From Nitrospirota bacterium (GTDB taxonomy: Bacteria > Nitrospirota > UBA9217): 64,000 bases of DNA. Under the pieces are notes generated by a model that had not been told where the DNA came from, made no database searches, and was given only the letters and a program-made list of their open reading frames with translations. The stretch lies in the NCBI GenBank assembly GCA_963790205.1, contig CAWBNQ010000011.1, forward strand, positions 1 through 64,000, written 5' to 3'. Below, one piece after another: positions 9,641 through 19,519 of this stretch. The translations under genes and the position numbers were made by a program. The stretch's first letter is position 1. Every line of letters begins with the position of its first letter.

Positions 9641-10114
9641 TTATTTCATCACTTGCATGAATACGAAACGGGCCAAGACTGCAAAGACAGCAACGGCTCC
9701 CGGTAAGAGAGTCAGCAAAAAAGAAAAGATAATGCCTAAGGTGAATGAGATCTCCGCAAAACTCCCGGCTTTATCTCCCCAAACTTCACGGGATATTAAT
9801 TCAGCGATCCATCCTCCCGTATAGCATACATTAACGACGATCGCATAGAGAACTATACCGATGATCGCAAATATGGGTGGATCGGGCCAACCGATCGGCT
9901 CATGAACCAACTTTTCCGCCATCATGGCCGAAAAAAGAATTGCGAACACAGTAATTAATCCAGCTGCCCCGACCACGATATTGAGGAAAAGGCGACGAGC
10001 TTCCCACCAGAGAATTATTTGCAATGAATTTAGCTGATTGTTGCGGCGCTGGAACAAGCGATATCGGGTCAGAAATTTAATAAGTGCGAGAATCAATTGA
10101 AATAGGCTGCTCAT
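9641..10114 (-). CDS. Hypothetical membrane protein
   Basis: WWEARRLFLN motif, about 3 hydrophobic helices, RBS AAGGA; visibly AT-richer than the flanks. Confidence 0.75.
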   Translation of the reverse strand: MSSLFQLILALIKFLTRYRLFQRRNNQLNSLQIILWWEARRLFLNIVVGAAGLITVFAILFSAMMAEKLVHEPIGWPDPPIFAIIGIVLYAIVVNVCYTGGWIAELISREVWGDKAGSFAEISFTLGIIFSFLLTLLPGAVAVFAVLARFVFMQVMK

Positions 10115-10123
10115 TATGATTTC

Positions 10124-10183
10124 CTTGAACGTGGAGGCGAGACGCGCGTCTCTTGCGCGTCGGTATCGACCGACAAATTAGTT
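10124..10183 (-). other. Degenerate integron attC-like site
   Basis: Starts just after the stop of the 10187 gene: AACTAAT-TTGTC-GGTCGA..GACGCGC-loop-GCGCGTC-TCGCC-TCCAC-GTTCAAG. About 60 bp imperfect palindrome; the AAC box reads AAT. Confidence 0.45.
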
Positions 10184-10186
10184 TCA

Positions 10187-10468
10187 TTAAAGCTTTGCAT
10201 TACAGTTGGGGCATGTGTGATACTTCTTTTCATATTCATATGGAATATAACGTTTGCATTCTGGACAAATTCTCCGAAGAACAAGAAATACTATGATAGG
10301 TATGACCAATACAAAGATCGGGCAATCATGTTTTGCTCCAGATAGGAATGAATGGTCGTTTGGTTTGATAAATCCGGATTTTTGCAAGAATGTATAAAGA
10401 ACGAAGATCAATGGAATGGAAATGACAAACAATATAGACCATATTCGACGCTTTTTATGCCGTAACAT
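10187..10468 (-). CDS. Small membrane protein with C-terminal zinc ribbon
   Basis: Two hydrophobic helices, then CPEC...CPNC; AT-rich. Confidence 0.7.
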   Translation of the reverse strand: MLRHKKRRIWSILFVISIPLIFVLYTFLQKSGFIKPNDHSFLSGAKHDCPIFVLVIPIIVFLVLRRICPECKRYIPYEYEKKYHTCPNCNAKL

Positions 10469-10557
10469 TTGGAGTCCTTATCATCTTAGCATTAGCAATT
10501 GGTTTTCTATCAGGACTATCTTCGCGTACTGTGCGCCTTCGCGGTAAAAAATCCCCA

Positions 10558-11494
10558 TCACGCTGCCGGGATACGGACGGTGAATACGGACCCTTCTCCG
10601 GACTTTGGTCTCGACCTCTATCTTCCCCCCGCAGGCGTCCACCAGTTCCTTCGCAATGGCAAGGCCCATGCCGATGCCGCTGCCAGAACCCCGGAAGAAC
10701 CGTTCATAGAGATGGGGAAGCTGTTTGGGCCTGATCCCGATCCCCGTATCTTTGACGGAAAAGACCATCTGATCGCCCGCGCGCGAAGCGGTCAGGGTGA
10801 CGCTGCCTGCGTTCTTCACGGCTTTGGCGGCATTGTCCATAAGGTTTCCCAGGATACGGCCGAGGCAGTCCGGGTCGGCTGTCATGGCAAGGCCCGGCTC
10901 GCACTCCAGGCTGAAGGCAACATCTTTACCTGGCGCCGAGAGGCGCGTCTTTTCAATGAGAGTGTTCAGCAATAGCCCAAGGTCGACCGATTGTTTCCGG
11001 AGCGAATGCGCGAGCGCCTGGGCCTTTGACAGCTGCTCCATCCCTTCGATGATCTTTTTGAGCCTGTCCGTCTCATCAAAGAGGGACTGCATGTGTTCTT
11101 CGTCCGCAGGGGCCTCATCGTCCATGAGGTCCTCCAGCTCTTCCTGGATCGCCCCGACGGATGTTCTCAATTCCCCGGCAGTGTCCGAGAGAAGCCGGGC
11201 GGAGGAGTCCACCTCGGCGGCGGTCATGAGCCGGCCGGTTTCCCTGGCGGACTGAACCGCTTTCCGGCCTGGTGCCGGCTTCGCTGCGACGCTGGCCGCG
11301 GTGCGCGCAACAACAACGGTCAGAACGACTGCAATCCCGGAGAGCAGTACGAACGCCAACAGGAGCAGCCAACCCGATGGTCCGGCAAGACCGATGAGCA
11401 TCATGCCCGGGATAAAGAGCCCGATAGACAGGGTGATGAGGGCAGCGGACAGCAGGGCCAGGGACCTGTTCTTACTTTTAAGCATATTATTCAT
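10558..11494 (-). pseudogene. Sensor histidine kinase-like gene, frameshifted near the C-terminus and lacking the phospho-His
   Basis: 2 TM helices; H-box reads DTAGELRTSV; N-box NLMDNA, G1 DTGIGI, G2 GSGIGMGL. Removing one base at 10600/10601 gives KVGEGSVFTVRIPAA* ending at 10558. Confidence 0.7.
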
Positions 11495-11581
11495 CCGAGC
11501 TCACTCTCGTAAACGCTTTACCTGCAACGAGAACGCACTCTATCAAAATCCTGCCACGGTTTCAAGTGATTTATCTAAGCA

Positions 11582-11653
11582 GTCACCCTGAGCGCAGCGA
11601 AGGGTCTTGCAACGGCCTGGAAATGCGAGATTCTTCGCTGTGCTCAGAATGAC
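11582..11653. repeat. REP-like palindrome (GTCA...TGAC type)
   Basis: GTCACCCTGAGCGCAGCGAAGGGTCT ... AGATTCTTCGCTGTGCTCAGAATGAC, 26-bp arms. Confidence 0.85.
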
Positions 11654-11685
11654 GACCTGCGTAAAGGGATTTATGGCGGAAAGAA

Positions 11686-12117
11686 CTAATCGCTCTTTGA
11701 GTTCTGTTTTGTCGCAAGAAAATAATAAAAGATCAAGGCAGCCACATAAGCGCTCAGTACGAGGGTCTCCATGCCGAACACTGACGGGTCGATTTCCGGG
11801 GACAGCGCGCGAAAATCAGTGACGTTGTTTATTACCGTCAGGCCGAAGATCGCGCCGAGGCCGGCGATGAGGATCGCCCTGACCGCGCCGCGGTTCTTCA
11901 CCGGGTCACGGGAGGCCGTAAACAGAAAGGCCGACCATCCGAAGGATAGAATGGAGATCACCCTGTCCTGGTATCCATAGGAGGGCACGTTGTAATAAAT
12001 GAAGAGCAGGGGGACCTTGATCCTCAGCATGTGTGCGATCGAGACCGCCAGGAAGTAGGTCGCTCCGCCCAACAGCAGCCAGGTAAGCGTCGTCGTACTC
12101 TTGTTCATATTTTCCAA
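11686..12117 (-). CDS. Hypothetical membrane protein (4 TM)
   Basis: Four hydrophobic segments; RBS GGAG; start is TTG 12117 or ATG 12108. Confidence 0.75.
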   Translation of the reverse strand: MENMNKSTTTLTWLLLGGATYFLAVSIAHMLRIKVPLLFIYYNVPSYGYQDRVISILSFGWSAFLFTASRDPVKNRGAVRAILIAGLGAIFGLTVINNVTDFRALSPEIDPSVFGMETLVLSAYVAALIFYYFLATKQNSKSD

Positions 12118-12304
12118 GGCTCCTCGCGCGAACAGCGTTCAACGGATCAAGAAAATCCGCAAAAAACTCAGTGAAGGAGAAGGGCAGCTCTTCATAAGGA
12201 CTCGTCTCTGACCGGGGTGAAAGACGTCATTTCCAGATCCCGCCTCTCTGCCGGGCATCTGCAGATCATTCAATTTTAAAGATCCGCCGGCAACAAGGAT
12301 TTCC

Positions 12305-12904
12305 TTACCTGATATCGGAACGCGTGATCACGAGTGAAGATCTCCTCCAGGTTACGAGATATCGCCCCATCGTCGCGGTCTGCGGCGCATCGAAGTCCGC
12401 GGTACTCTCATAGCTTTTGCAATGGTTGTCGGGCGTCAATTCCACGCATCGCGCCTCTGCGTTCGCCGCATTTTCAAGACTCTTGCAATCCCCGTTCAGG
12501 CAGTAAAACAATTCCCGCATGCTTGTGCCTTTCGGCGTGATCCCTTCAAAGACGGTCTGTTGCCACGTAAGGACGAAGTCGTCTCTCTTTCCCGTTTCGT
12601 CGGTGTAGACGAATGACGCGGACCACCGTTGTTCACAGGGACCGGCCTCGCAGAGCAGGACATTGTACTGCGTCCGGGAATAGGTGCCCGTCTGCTCTTT
12701 TTTCTCGGTATACCGGCTGATGACCTTCGGGTCTGCCTTATGACTGATACCGAGACTGATACGGGATTGCGGCTCGTCAACATCCTTAAAAAAGGCCGTA
12801 AAGATGCTGCGGTGCAATTCGGAACGTTCCTGTGCATGAATTCCGGCTTCAGGATGCGTAAGGAGCGCGACTATCAGCAGAATGAGGAAAATAAACCTTC
12901 TCAT
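12305..12904 (-). CDS. Hypothetical secreted protein
   Basis: Signal peptide MRRFIFLILLIVALL..IHA; three close Cys pairs; RBS GGAGG. Confidence 0.75.
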   Translation of the reverse strand: MRRFIFLILLIVALLTHPEAGIHAQERSELHRSIFTAFFKDVDEPQSRISLGISHKADPKVISRYTEKKEQTGTYSRTQYNVLLCEAGPCEQRWSASFVYTDETGKRDDFVLTWQQTVFEGITPKGTSMRELFYCLNGDCKSLENAANAEARCVELTPDNHCKSYESTADFDAPQTATMGRYLVTWRRSSLVITRSDIR

Positions 12905-13117
12905 CTCAATCCTCCATGGACATCATGTCTTTTCATTCTTTTTTCAGGTGCAGTCTTTCATGAGCGGCAAGAATAACGGAATGCGAACTGAACGTCAAGG
13001 TGATATTCGTTCTTACGGTCCTGGCATGCAATTTCCATAAGATGCAACTGTTGTTGACTTCATGAAGTCGGTCGCAGACATAAGAATATCATATTCATCG
13101 AGTATTTCAATGAGAAA

Positions 13118-14011
13118 TTACTTCCCCGCCCGTTCCAAAGACCGCTGCGAGAAAAGATCGTCCGGGAAATGCGTGTGATACCTGATGCTCTCGATGGTGA
13201 GCTCGGTCCGGTGGTTCGTCTTCCTGTTCTCCATGTCGAGCCTGAACGGCGTGGGGATGCCGTCGATGATCCGGACATCCGTGAATGCCCCCGTGCGGTA
13301 GATATCGCTGTCCTGATAGTAATCGATCTTGAGATGTATCCACAGGTCTTTTGCAACCCAGGCGATGTAGCGCGTGTACTTGCGGCGTATCTTCGGCGTC
13401 ACTTCGACGACGTAGCAGGCCTTGCCGTCGAGAACGTCTTCCTTGATGATGCTGAACGTGTAGTCGTCCAGGTTCGGCGGACCGCCGAAATCGTCGTATG
13501 AAAAATCGGAACCGAAGAACGAGTCGTCCTGCGAGCTGTTGGGAATGCGCCGGATGCGTTTATACTCGGGGAAATAAGCCCAGAGGTCGCGGTCGGAGAA
13601 CGTGTGCGCGTGGATCAGGAAACCGACGTTTTTCAGGTCGGGTGGGCTCTTGAAAACAATGAGGACCTTGTATGCTTCGGGATCGGCCTTCTTGCTGTAC
13701 TCCGTAAGCGTCCTCGTGCGTTTACCGCCGTTCTTGTCGAAAAGGACCATGGTCGCCTCGGTCTTCCGGTCGAGCGCCCTGGAACGCACTTCATGGACTT
13801 TTTCGTAGACTTCGCGACCGCTCATGGCGGATGCCGGCAATACACGTACTGTCGTCGATAGGATGATCATTATGAACAGGATACGGGTAAGCCAAATGAG
13901 CCATTGCGGATTTCGGATTTTGGAATTCGGATTTGAAATCCTGAAATCGATATAACTCATTACTTGTTTTTTAATCCGCAATCCGCAATACGCAATCCGC
14001 AATTCATTCAT
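13118..14011 (-). CDS. Outer-membrane lipoprotein-sorting (LolA-like) protein
   Basis: FKSPPDLKNVGFL, WAYFPEYKRIRRI, SFFGSDFSYDD, DDLFSQRSL; the first ~36 aa are translated heptamer repeats, so the start is uncertain. Confidence 0.85.
   Translation of the reverse strand: MNELRIAYCGLRIKKQVMSYIDFRISNPNSKIRNPQWLIWLTRILFIMIILSTTVRVLPASAMSGREVYEKVHEVRSRALDRKTEATMVLFDKNGGKRTRTLTEYSKKADPEAYKVLIVFKSPPDLKNVGFLIHAHTFSDRDLWAYFPEYKRIRRIPNSSQDDSFFGSDFSYDDFGGPPNLDDYTFSIIKEDVLDGKACYVVEVTPKIRRKYTRYIAWVAKDLWIHLKIDYYQDSDIYRTGAFTDVRIIDGIPTPFRLDMENRKTNHRTELTIESIRYHTHFPDDLFSQRSLERAGK
13903..14004. repeat. Inverted heptamer arrays (ATTGCGG / AATCCGC)
   Basis: ATTGCGG ATTTCGG ATTTTGG AATTCGG ... AATCCGC AATCCGC AATACGC AATCCGC; same family as 5401-5463. 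Confidence 0.85.
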
Positions 14012-16598
14012 AGGACAGCGCCTCCACGATATTGGTTTTTGCCGCGCGTTGGGCGGGGTAAACCCCGGCCAGGGCGGCGAGCAGGGTCGATAGCATCAAT
14101 GCCCAGACGATGGAAGAAAGATCCACGTGATAACGCATGCTCGCCCCGTAGTCGTCCCGCAGAAATCCTTCAAGGCTCATCCAGCCGATGATCATGCCGG
14201 CCGCCGCTCCGAGGGAACCGCCGATGATCCCGAGAAACATGGATTCAACGACAACGACGCGGGAAACCTGGCTCCGGAGCATGCCGATCGAACGGAGTAT
14301 CCCGATCTCGCGGGTGCGCTCCAGCACGGAGGCGAGCAGGGTCACGATAATGCCGAGCCCGGCGATGAGCAGGGTTATCGCGTTGATGGCGTGGTTTACC
14401 GCAAAGCCCTGGTCGATGATCTTCCGGATCTCGTCCCTGAATTCCCTTGCAGGAAGCACGAAGAGTTTCCGTTCGTTGCCGAACCTCTTCGCGATCTCGT
14501 CCCGCACCGCTTGTACGTTTGCCTGCGCTTTCACCCTGACCGAGAAAGAATCCGCGAGGTACTCCTTCCAGTAGCGCTGGTAGGTATGGATGTCCATGAG
14601 GATCGATCCGGAATCGGAGCTGTAGTCCACATTGATGACGGCTATCGTAAAGACAACCGGACCCTGGGGGGTCGAAAGGGTGATCGTGTCGCCGGGCTTG
14701 AGGTGTCCCTGCGTGGACAGAGCTTCATTCATCGCGATGTAATTCCCGCCCGGCAGGAGCCTTTTCATGTCCGCCCGGGTCCCGTCAGCGATCAGGAAGG
14801 GGCTGTACTCCATCCTTCGGGCGATGTCCAGGACCAGGAGCAGGATCCGCCTGCCGCGATAGTCCACGTAAATTTTTCTGAACGGATCGGCTGAAAGGAC
14901 CCCCGGCGTTTTCTCGATCTCTTTCCACATCTCGACCGGCATCGGGATGTTCTGCGCCCCCGTTGACGCGATGGGATGGCCTGAGGTGACGATGATATCT
15001 CCGCGCACATACGAGTCTATCCACTCGATGACCGACTGTTTGGTGCTGTAGATGATCCCGGCCGAGCTGACAAACACCGAGATGCCGTAAAATATCGCCG
15101 CCCCGGCGACCGCGTTCCTTCCCAGGTTCTTCTGGAGGTTCAGGCCGGCGAGCCTCCCGGCGGCGCCTACATGGGGGGAAAGCATGCGGCGGAAAAATGC
15201 GAGAAAAACCTGGAGTACGGTCGGTATGGCGAGGGAGACGCCGAGCAGCAGCAGTATGGTCGCCGCGAACATCGTTGCCGTCGTATGCAGGACCGGCGAT
15301 GAGGGAACGGCCGTATAGAGGAAGAGAAGAACAACGGCGCAGGAAACAAAAAGGAGAGAGGTAATTCTCAGCTTTCCATGGGACAGGAACCCGTCCTCGG
15401 AGTAGGGGACCGACCGTATGGCCGAGATCGGGCTGATGCGCGTGCTCGCGATGGCGGGGAACAATGCGGCGCCGAGGCTGGCGGCGATGCCCGTCGCAAA
15501 ACCCGTGACGAGGCCCGGCCAGGAGATCTCGATCCCGGTGACCGACGTCCTGACGTACAGCTCCGAGACGGCCTCGGTGACGGCGCCGATCGCGAAGCGG
15601 GCGAAGAAGATGCCGACCCCGACACCGATGGCGGAACCGACGACCGCCAGCGCGGCGGTCTCGCCCAGGAAGAGCGAAACGATCTCGTTCCGGGTCGCGC
15701 CGAGGGCGCGCAGGATGCCTATCTCTTTTCTCCGCTGCACGACCGAGATCGAGACGGCATTGTATATGAGGTACATGCCTACGAAGACGGCAATGAAGCT
15801 GATGAGGTTGATGTTTTTCTGGAAATGGGATACCAGAAGCTGGACCTGCCTGGTCCTGCCTTCGGGCGTCACGACGTCGTATCCGCCGGGGAGGACTTTT
15901 TTGATGCGTCCGCGCATGGTCTCGAGGTCCTCGCCGCGGAGCAGGCTCACGTCAATGCGGTCGATGCGTCCTTCCTTGCCGAAGGCCATCTGGGCGGCGG
16001 GATAATCCATGATGGCGATGTTCCCGCCCATCGTCTTTGCCGGGCCCTCCGGAGTGAGCAGGCCCCGGACCTGGAACGTCCTGATGCCCTGGACCGTTTG
16101 GACCTTTATCTTCTGGTCGATGGTGATCCCCTCGCGCCGGGCCAGCTCTTTGGTAAGCAGGATGGAGTCGGGCCGCGCAAGGAAGAGAAGCGGGTCCGGG
16201 ATGTCCGCGCTCTCGTCCGAGAGCTTGTAGTCGCGGATGTTGCCGTCCTGGAGCACGTCCACGCCGAGGACCATGAGCGTCTGTTCCTTTGCCCCGACGA
16301 GGATGCCCTGCGTGTCGATCACCGGCACGGCGTACTCCACGCCGGGGACCCGCTGGACGCGGTCGAGAAAGTTCTCGGGAAAGCCCGACGCCGGACCCGT
16401 GACCTGGAGAACGGCCCTGCCGGTCACGCGGTTGATCGAGTCCTCGAAGGAGCTCAGGACGCTCTTGTTCACGATGCCGATGGACACGATGGCGGCAACG
16501 CCCAGACAGATGCCCGCGACGGTCATGAGAGCGTGGACCTTCTGGAGCCGCATGCGTTTGACGCTGATGTGTCGAAGCAGATTTGGCAGATTTGTCAT
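14004..16598 (-). CDS. ABC transporter permease, duplicated MacB/FtsX type
   Basis: Two repeats: VVQRRKEIGILRALGA and VLERTREIGILRSIGM; GICLGVAA N-terminus; start placed at ATG 16598. Confidence 0.92.
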   Translation of the reverse strand: MTNLPNLLRHISVKRMRLQKVHALMTVAGICLGVAAIVSIGIVNKSVLSSFEDSINRVTGRAVLQVTGPASGFPENFLDRVQRVPGVEYAVPVIDTQGILVGAKEQTLMVLGVDVLQDGNIRDYKLSDESADIPDPLLFLARPDSILLTKELARREGITIDQKIKVQTVQGIRTFQVRGLLTPEGPAKTMGGNIAIMDYPAAQMAFGKEGRIDRIDVSLLRGEDLETMRGRIKKVLPGGYDVVTPEGRTRQVQLLVSHFQKNINLISFIAVFVGMYLIYNAVSISVVQRRKEIGILRALGATRNEIVSLFLGETAALAVVGSAIGVGVGIFFARFAIGAVTEAVSELYVRTSVTGIEISWPGLVTGFATGIAASLGAALFPAIASTRISPISAIRSVPYSEDGFLSHGKLRITSLLFVSCAVVLLFLYTAVPSSPVLHTTATMFAATILLLLGVSLAIPTVLQVFLAFFRRMLSPHVGAAGRLAGLNLQKNLGRNAVAGAAIFYGISVFVSSAGIIYSTKQSVIEWIDSYVRGDIIVTSGHPIASTGAQNIPMPVEMWKEIEKTPGVLSADPFRKIYVDYRGRRILLLVLDIARRMEYSPFLIADGTRADMKRLLPGGNYIAMNEALSTQGHLKPGDTITLSTPQGPVVFTIAVINVDYSSDSGSILMDIHTYQRYWKEYLADSFSVRVKAQANVQAVRDEIAKRFGNERKLFVLPAREFRDEIRKIIDQGFAVNHAINAITLLIAGLGIIVTLLASVLERTREIGILRSIGMLRSQVSRVVVVESMFLGIIGGSLGAAAGMIIGWMSLEGFLRDDYGASMRYHVDLSSIVWALMLSTLLAALAGVYPAQRAAKTNIVEALSYE

Positions 16599-16641
16599 AT
16601 TGACAATCCTAAAATAAAGCGACTCGGAATAAAAGCTATTA

Positions 16642-16714
16642 GCCGCAAGGAAGCGCAAAATGGGCAAAAGGGGACACTGCTTAAGTTTTTTTTGCGTATG
16701 CGTCTTTTTGCGGC
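16642..16714. repeat. Intergenic imperfect palindrome
   Basis: GCCGCAAGGAAGCGCAAAATGGGCAAAAG ... TTTTGCGTATGCGTCTTTTTGCGGC. Confidence 0.7.
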
Positions 16715-16721
16715 AAGATCT

Positions 16722-17396
16722 CTATGTTGCCGTGTCTTCGGCGATGCTTCCGTCCCTAAGCGTGACGGTCCGCGTGCCGTAGGCTGCGGCTTTGGGGTCG
16801 TGGGTCACCATCACGATCGTCTGGCCTTCCCGGTGGAGGCCCTTGAGAAGCTGGAATATCTCGATGCTCGTCCGAGTGTCCAGGTTGCCCGTGGGTTCGT
16901 CGGCCAGGAGCACCGCCGGGTCCGCGATGAGCGCCCTCGCGATGGCCACGCGCTGCATTTCCCCGCCTGAAAGCTGTTCGGGCCGGTGCTCGGTCCGTCC
17001 GGCCAGCCCTACTTTTTGAAGAAGCGTTTCGGCTTTGGGTTTTACTTTCGAGAAGGGAATGCCTTCGAGTAGGAGCGGAAGCCCCACGTTCTCCGCAGCC
17101 GTGAGGATGGAAAGGAGGTTGAAGAACTGGAAGATGAAGCCCACGCGCCGCCTTCGGATGAGCGTGAGCTCATCGTCGGAGATCCCGTGGAGCGGTTTTC
17201 CGTCGATGAAGATCTCGCCTGACGAAGGCTGGTCAAGGCCTCCGATCAGGTTCAACAGCGTGCTTTTCCCCGAGCCGGAAGGCCCCATCACGGAAAGGAA
17301 CTCTCCGGCCCTGATATGCAGGGAGACGTCATGGAGCGCCAGGATCATCCTGGTCCCGTGGGAATAAGCCCTGGTCACCTTTTTCAGTTCGATCAT
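16722..17396 (-). CDS. ABC transporter ATP-binding protein (LolD/MacB-like)
   Basis: [39 protein letters not shown]. Confidence 0.96.
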   Translation of the reverse strand: MIELKKVTRAYSHGTRMILALHDVSLHIRAGEFLSVMGPSGSGKSTLLNLIGGLDQPSSGEIFIDGKPLHGISDDELTLIRRRRVGFIFQFFNLLSILTAAENVGLPLLLEGIPFSKVKPKAETLLQKVGLAGRTEHRPEQLSGGEMQRVAIARALIADPAVLLADEPTGNLDTRTSIEIFQLLKGLHREGQTIVMVTHDPKAAAYGTRTVTLRDGSIAEDTAT

Positions 17397-17569
17397 CCGT
17401 CACCTCATGGTCATGATTCACAATTTTAGTCGTTCAGGCGGACATTGTAAAGGTGTTTGTAGAAAAACGACGTCCGCCCGCCCGGAAGAATCCGATTTTC
17501 AATTTCATGAAATTATGTTATAAAAGGGAAGGAGCATTGACAAGCTTATAGAGAGAAGAGGGGGCTAGT

Positions 17570-18145
17570 ATGAAAGTCATCGCATTCAACGGCAGCGCGC
17601 GCAAAGAGGGGAATACCGCTATTCTTCTGAACCTGGTGATCGAGGAATTGAAAACCGAAGGAATCGAGACTGAGTTGTATTCCCTGGCGGGAAAGCCGAT
17701 CCAGGGTTGTATCGCCTGCTTCAAATGTTTTGAGAAAAAAAACAAGCGCTGCAACGTGGACAAGGACGTCATTAACGAGTGTATTCAGAAGCTGGTCGAA
17801 GCGGACGGGGTCCTGCTCGGGTCGCCCACGTACTTCGCTGACGTGTCCGCGAGCATGAAGGCGCTGATCGAACGGTGCGGCATGGTAGGGCGAGCGAACC
17901 AGGACCTGTACAAGCGCAAGGTCGGCGCGGCCGTGGTGGCGGTCAGGCGCGCCGGCGGCATCCATGTTTTCAACTCGCTTAATTATTTCTTTACCATCAA
18001 TGAGATGATCATCCCGGGATCGAGCTACTGGAACCTCGGCATCGGCAGGCAGCCGGGCGAAGTGAATAATGACGCCGAAGGCGTGCAGACCATGAAAAAC
18101 CTGGGAAAGAACATGGCCTGGCTGCTCAAAAAAATCCACGAATGA
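17570..18145 (+). CDS. Iron-sulfur flavoprotein (Isf / flavodoxin family)
   Basis: NGSARKEGNT, CIACFKC-x7-C, GSPTYF. Confidence 0.9.
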   Translation: MKVIAFNGSARKEGNTAILLNLVIEELKTEGIETELYSLAGKPIQGCIACFKCFEKKNKRCNVDKDVINECIQKLVEADGVLLGSPTYFADVSASMKALIERCGMVGRANQDLYKRKVGAAVVAVRRAGGIHVFNSLNYFFTINEMIIPGSSYWNLGIGRQPGEVNNDAEGVQTMKNLGKNMAWLLKKIHE

Positions 18146-18383
18146 GGCTCGGGGGTCCTTTCGATAGGCGGCGAGGGATAGGGATGTGGATAGCGGGAAG
18201 GCTGATGCTTTGAAAACAGTCTCTCTTTTTCGCAACACGTCGTTCGTCACCCATCCAACCCTCTCTTCGTGTTTCCCTGTCCGGTTCATTTAAATTGCTT
18301 CAATTGAAATGCTACCGGGCCGGGCGGTATTCATGAGGTGCGCGAATAAGAGTCCCAACCCGCTTGTTTTATTGGGAAATGTC

Positions 18384-18413
18384 TTGACAGTCTCTATTGG
18401 GATAGTGTACAAT
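18384..18413 (+). promoter_or_regulatory. Sigma70-type promoter for the biosynthetic cluster
   Basis: TTGACA-18 bp-TACAAT, about 220 bp upstream of fabG. Confidence 0.65.
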
Positions 18414-18634
18414 TCCGAGCTTGTGTGTTCAAGAAGCAGCAGCGAAAAATGCCCTGCAATATTATAGGGTTATCCCGCTCCACTCTGTAAGCCGTCATCA
18501 CAATTTTTAAGGGGTTTGGAAGTCGTTTTTAGATGGCGCCGGGCTTGTTTCCGCATTTTCAACGGCAAGTGAATGACGAAAACCGGATCGGGCTGATCTT
18601 ATGCCCGATGTCGTATTTTAAGGATGAATCATTT

Positions 18635-19369
18635 ATGGCAGCTGGTACAAAAAAGATCGCACTCGTTATCGGCGGCAGCAGGGGGATAGGGCGCGCCATT
18701 GCCGTGCGCCTGGCACGTTCCGGTTTTCATATCTGGCTCACCTATAAAGGGAACCATGAAGCGGCTGGAAACGTGAAAGCTGCAATAGAATCCCTCGGCA
18801 GCACCTGCGAGCTCATCCCTTTCGATGTGTCCAGTTTTGAGGAGACCGAAGCCGCCTTAAGCGGACGCCTGGAAAACGCATCTCCCGAAGTCCTCGTGTA
18901 CAATTCGGGGATCTCCAGGGACAACCTCCTGATGTGGATGACCAAGGACGAGTGGAACTCGGTCCTCTCCACGAACCTTGATGGCTTCTTCAACGTGGCC
19001 CGCGCTGTGGTCTTCGCCATGCTTAAGGCAAAGCGAGGCCGGATCGTTATCGTTTCATCCGCTTCGGGCCAGATCGGCCAGGCCGGCCAGGTCAATTACT
19101 CCGCTTCCAAGGCCGGACTGATCGGAGCGGCCAAAGCACTCGCGCGTGAGGTAGGGAAAAAGAGCATCTACGTCAATGTGGTAGCTCCCGGTTTTATCGA
19201 AACGGAGATGACGAGGGGCATTCCGAAAGAACAGGTCTTGCCGCTGATCCCCTTGAACCGCGTGGGCACGGCGGACGATGTGGCTTCGGTCGTGAATTTT
19301 CTGTGCACCGATGAGCACATGTATATTCACGGCCAGGTAATCGGCATTAACGGCGGGCTGGCAATGTAG
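18635..19369 (+). CDS. fabG: 3-oxoacyl-ACP reductase (FabG / ApeQ-like)
   Basis: GGSRGIG, NYSASKAG (YxxxK), NVVAPGFIETEM, INGGL; start placed at ATG 18635. Confidence 0.92.
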   Translation: MAAGTKKIALVIGGSRGIGRAIAVRLARSGFHIWLTYKGNHEAAGNVKAAIESLGSTCELIPFDVSSFEETEAALSGRLENASPEVLVYNSGISRDNLLMWMTKDEWNSVLSTNLDGFFNVARAVVFAMLKAKRGRIVIVSSASGQIGQAGQVNYSASKAGLIGAAKALAREVGKKSIYVNVVAPGFIETEMTRGIPKEQVLPLIPLNRVGTADDVASVVNFLCTDEHMYIHGQVIGINGGLAM

Positions 19370-19519
19370 CTTGTTGTGCTTCTGTAACTGTTCATGTCAG
19401 TTTGCAGCTGCCCGGCTTCGACGCACGGCGCGCCATGGTGCGCTGCTCGTGAGCCGCCTGACCTGATGAGTTGTTACGTTCTTCTAAAAAAATTGTTTAT
19501 ACAAGCAAGCGGTCATTGA

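Noticed and set aside
15378..16970. Long antisense ORFs (530 aa here; also 23002-24582, 32249-33646, 33880-35235, 54204-55667, 59927-61438)
   Set aside because: Shadows of well-supported genes on the opposite strand in GC-rich DNA; no motifs.
18146..18634. Cobalamin or c-di-GMP riboswitch, or ops element, upstream of the cluster
   Set aside because: No B12-box or GEMM consensus recognised; GGCGGTAT is an imperfect ops match and lies upstream of the predicted promoter.
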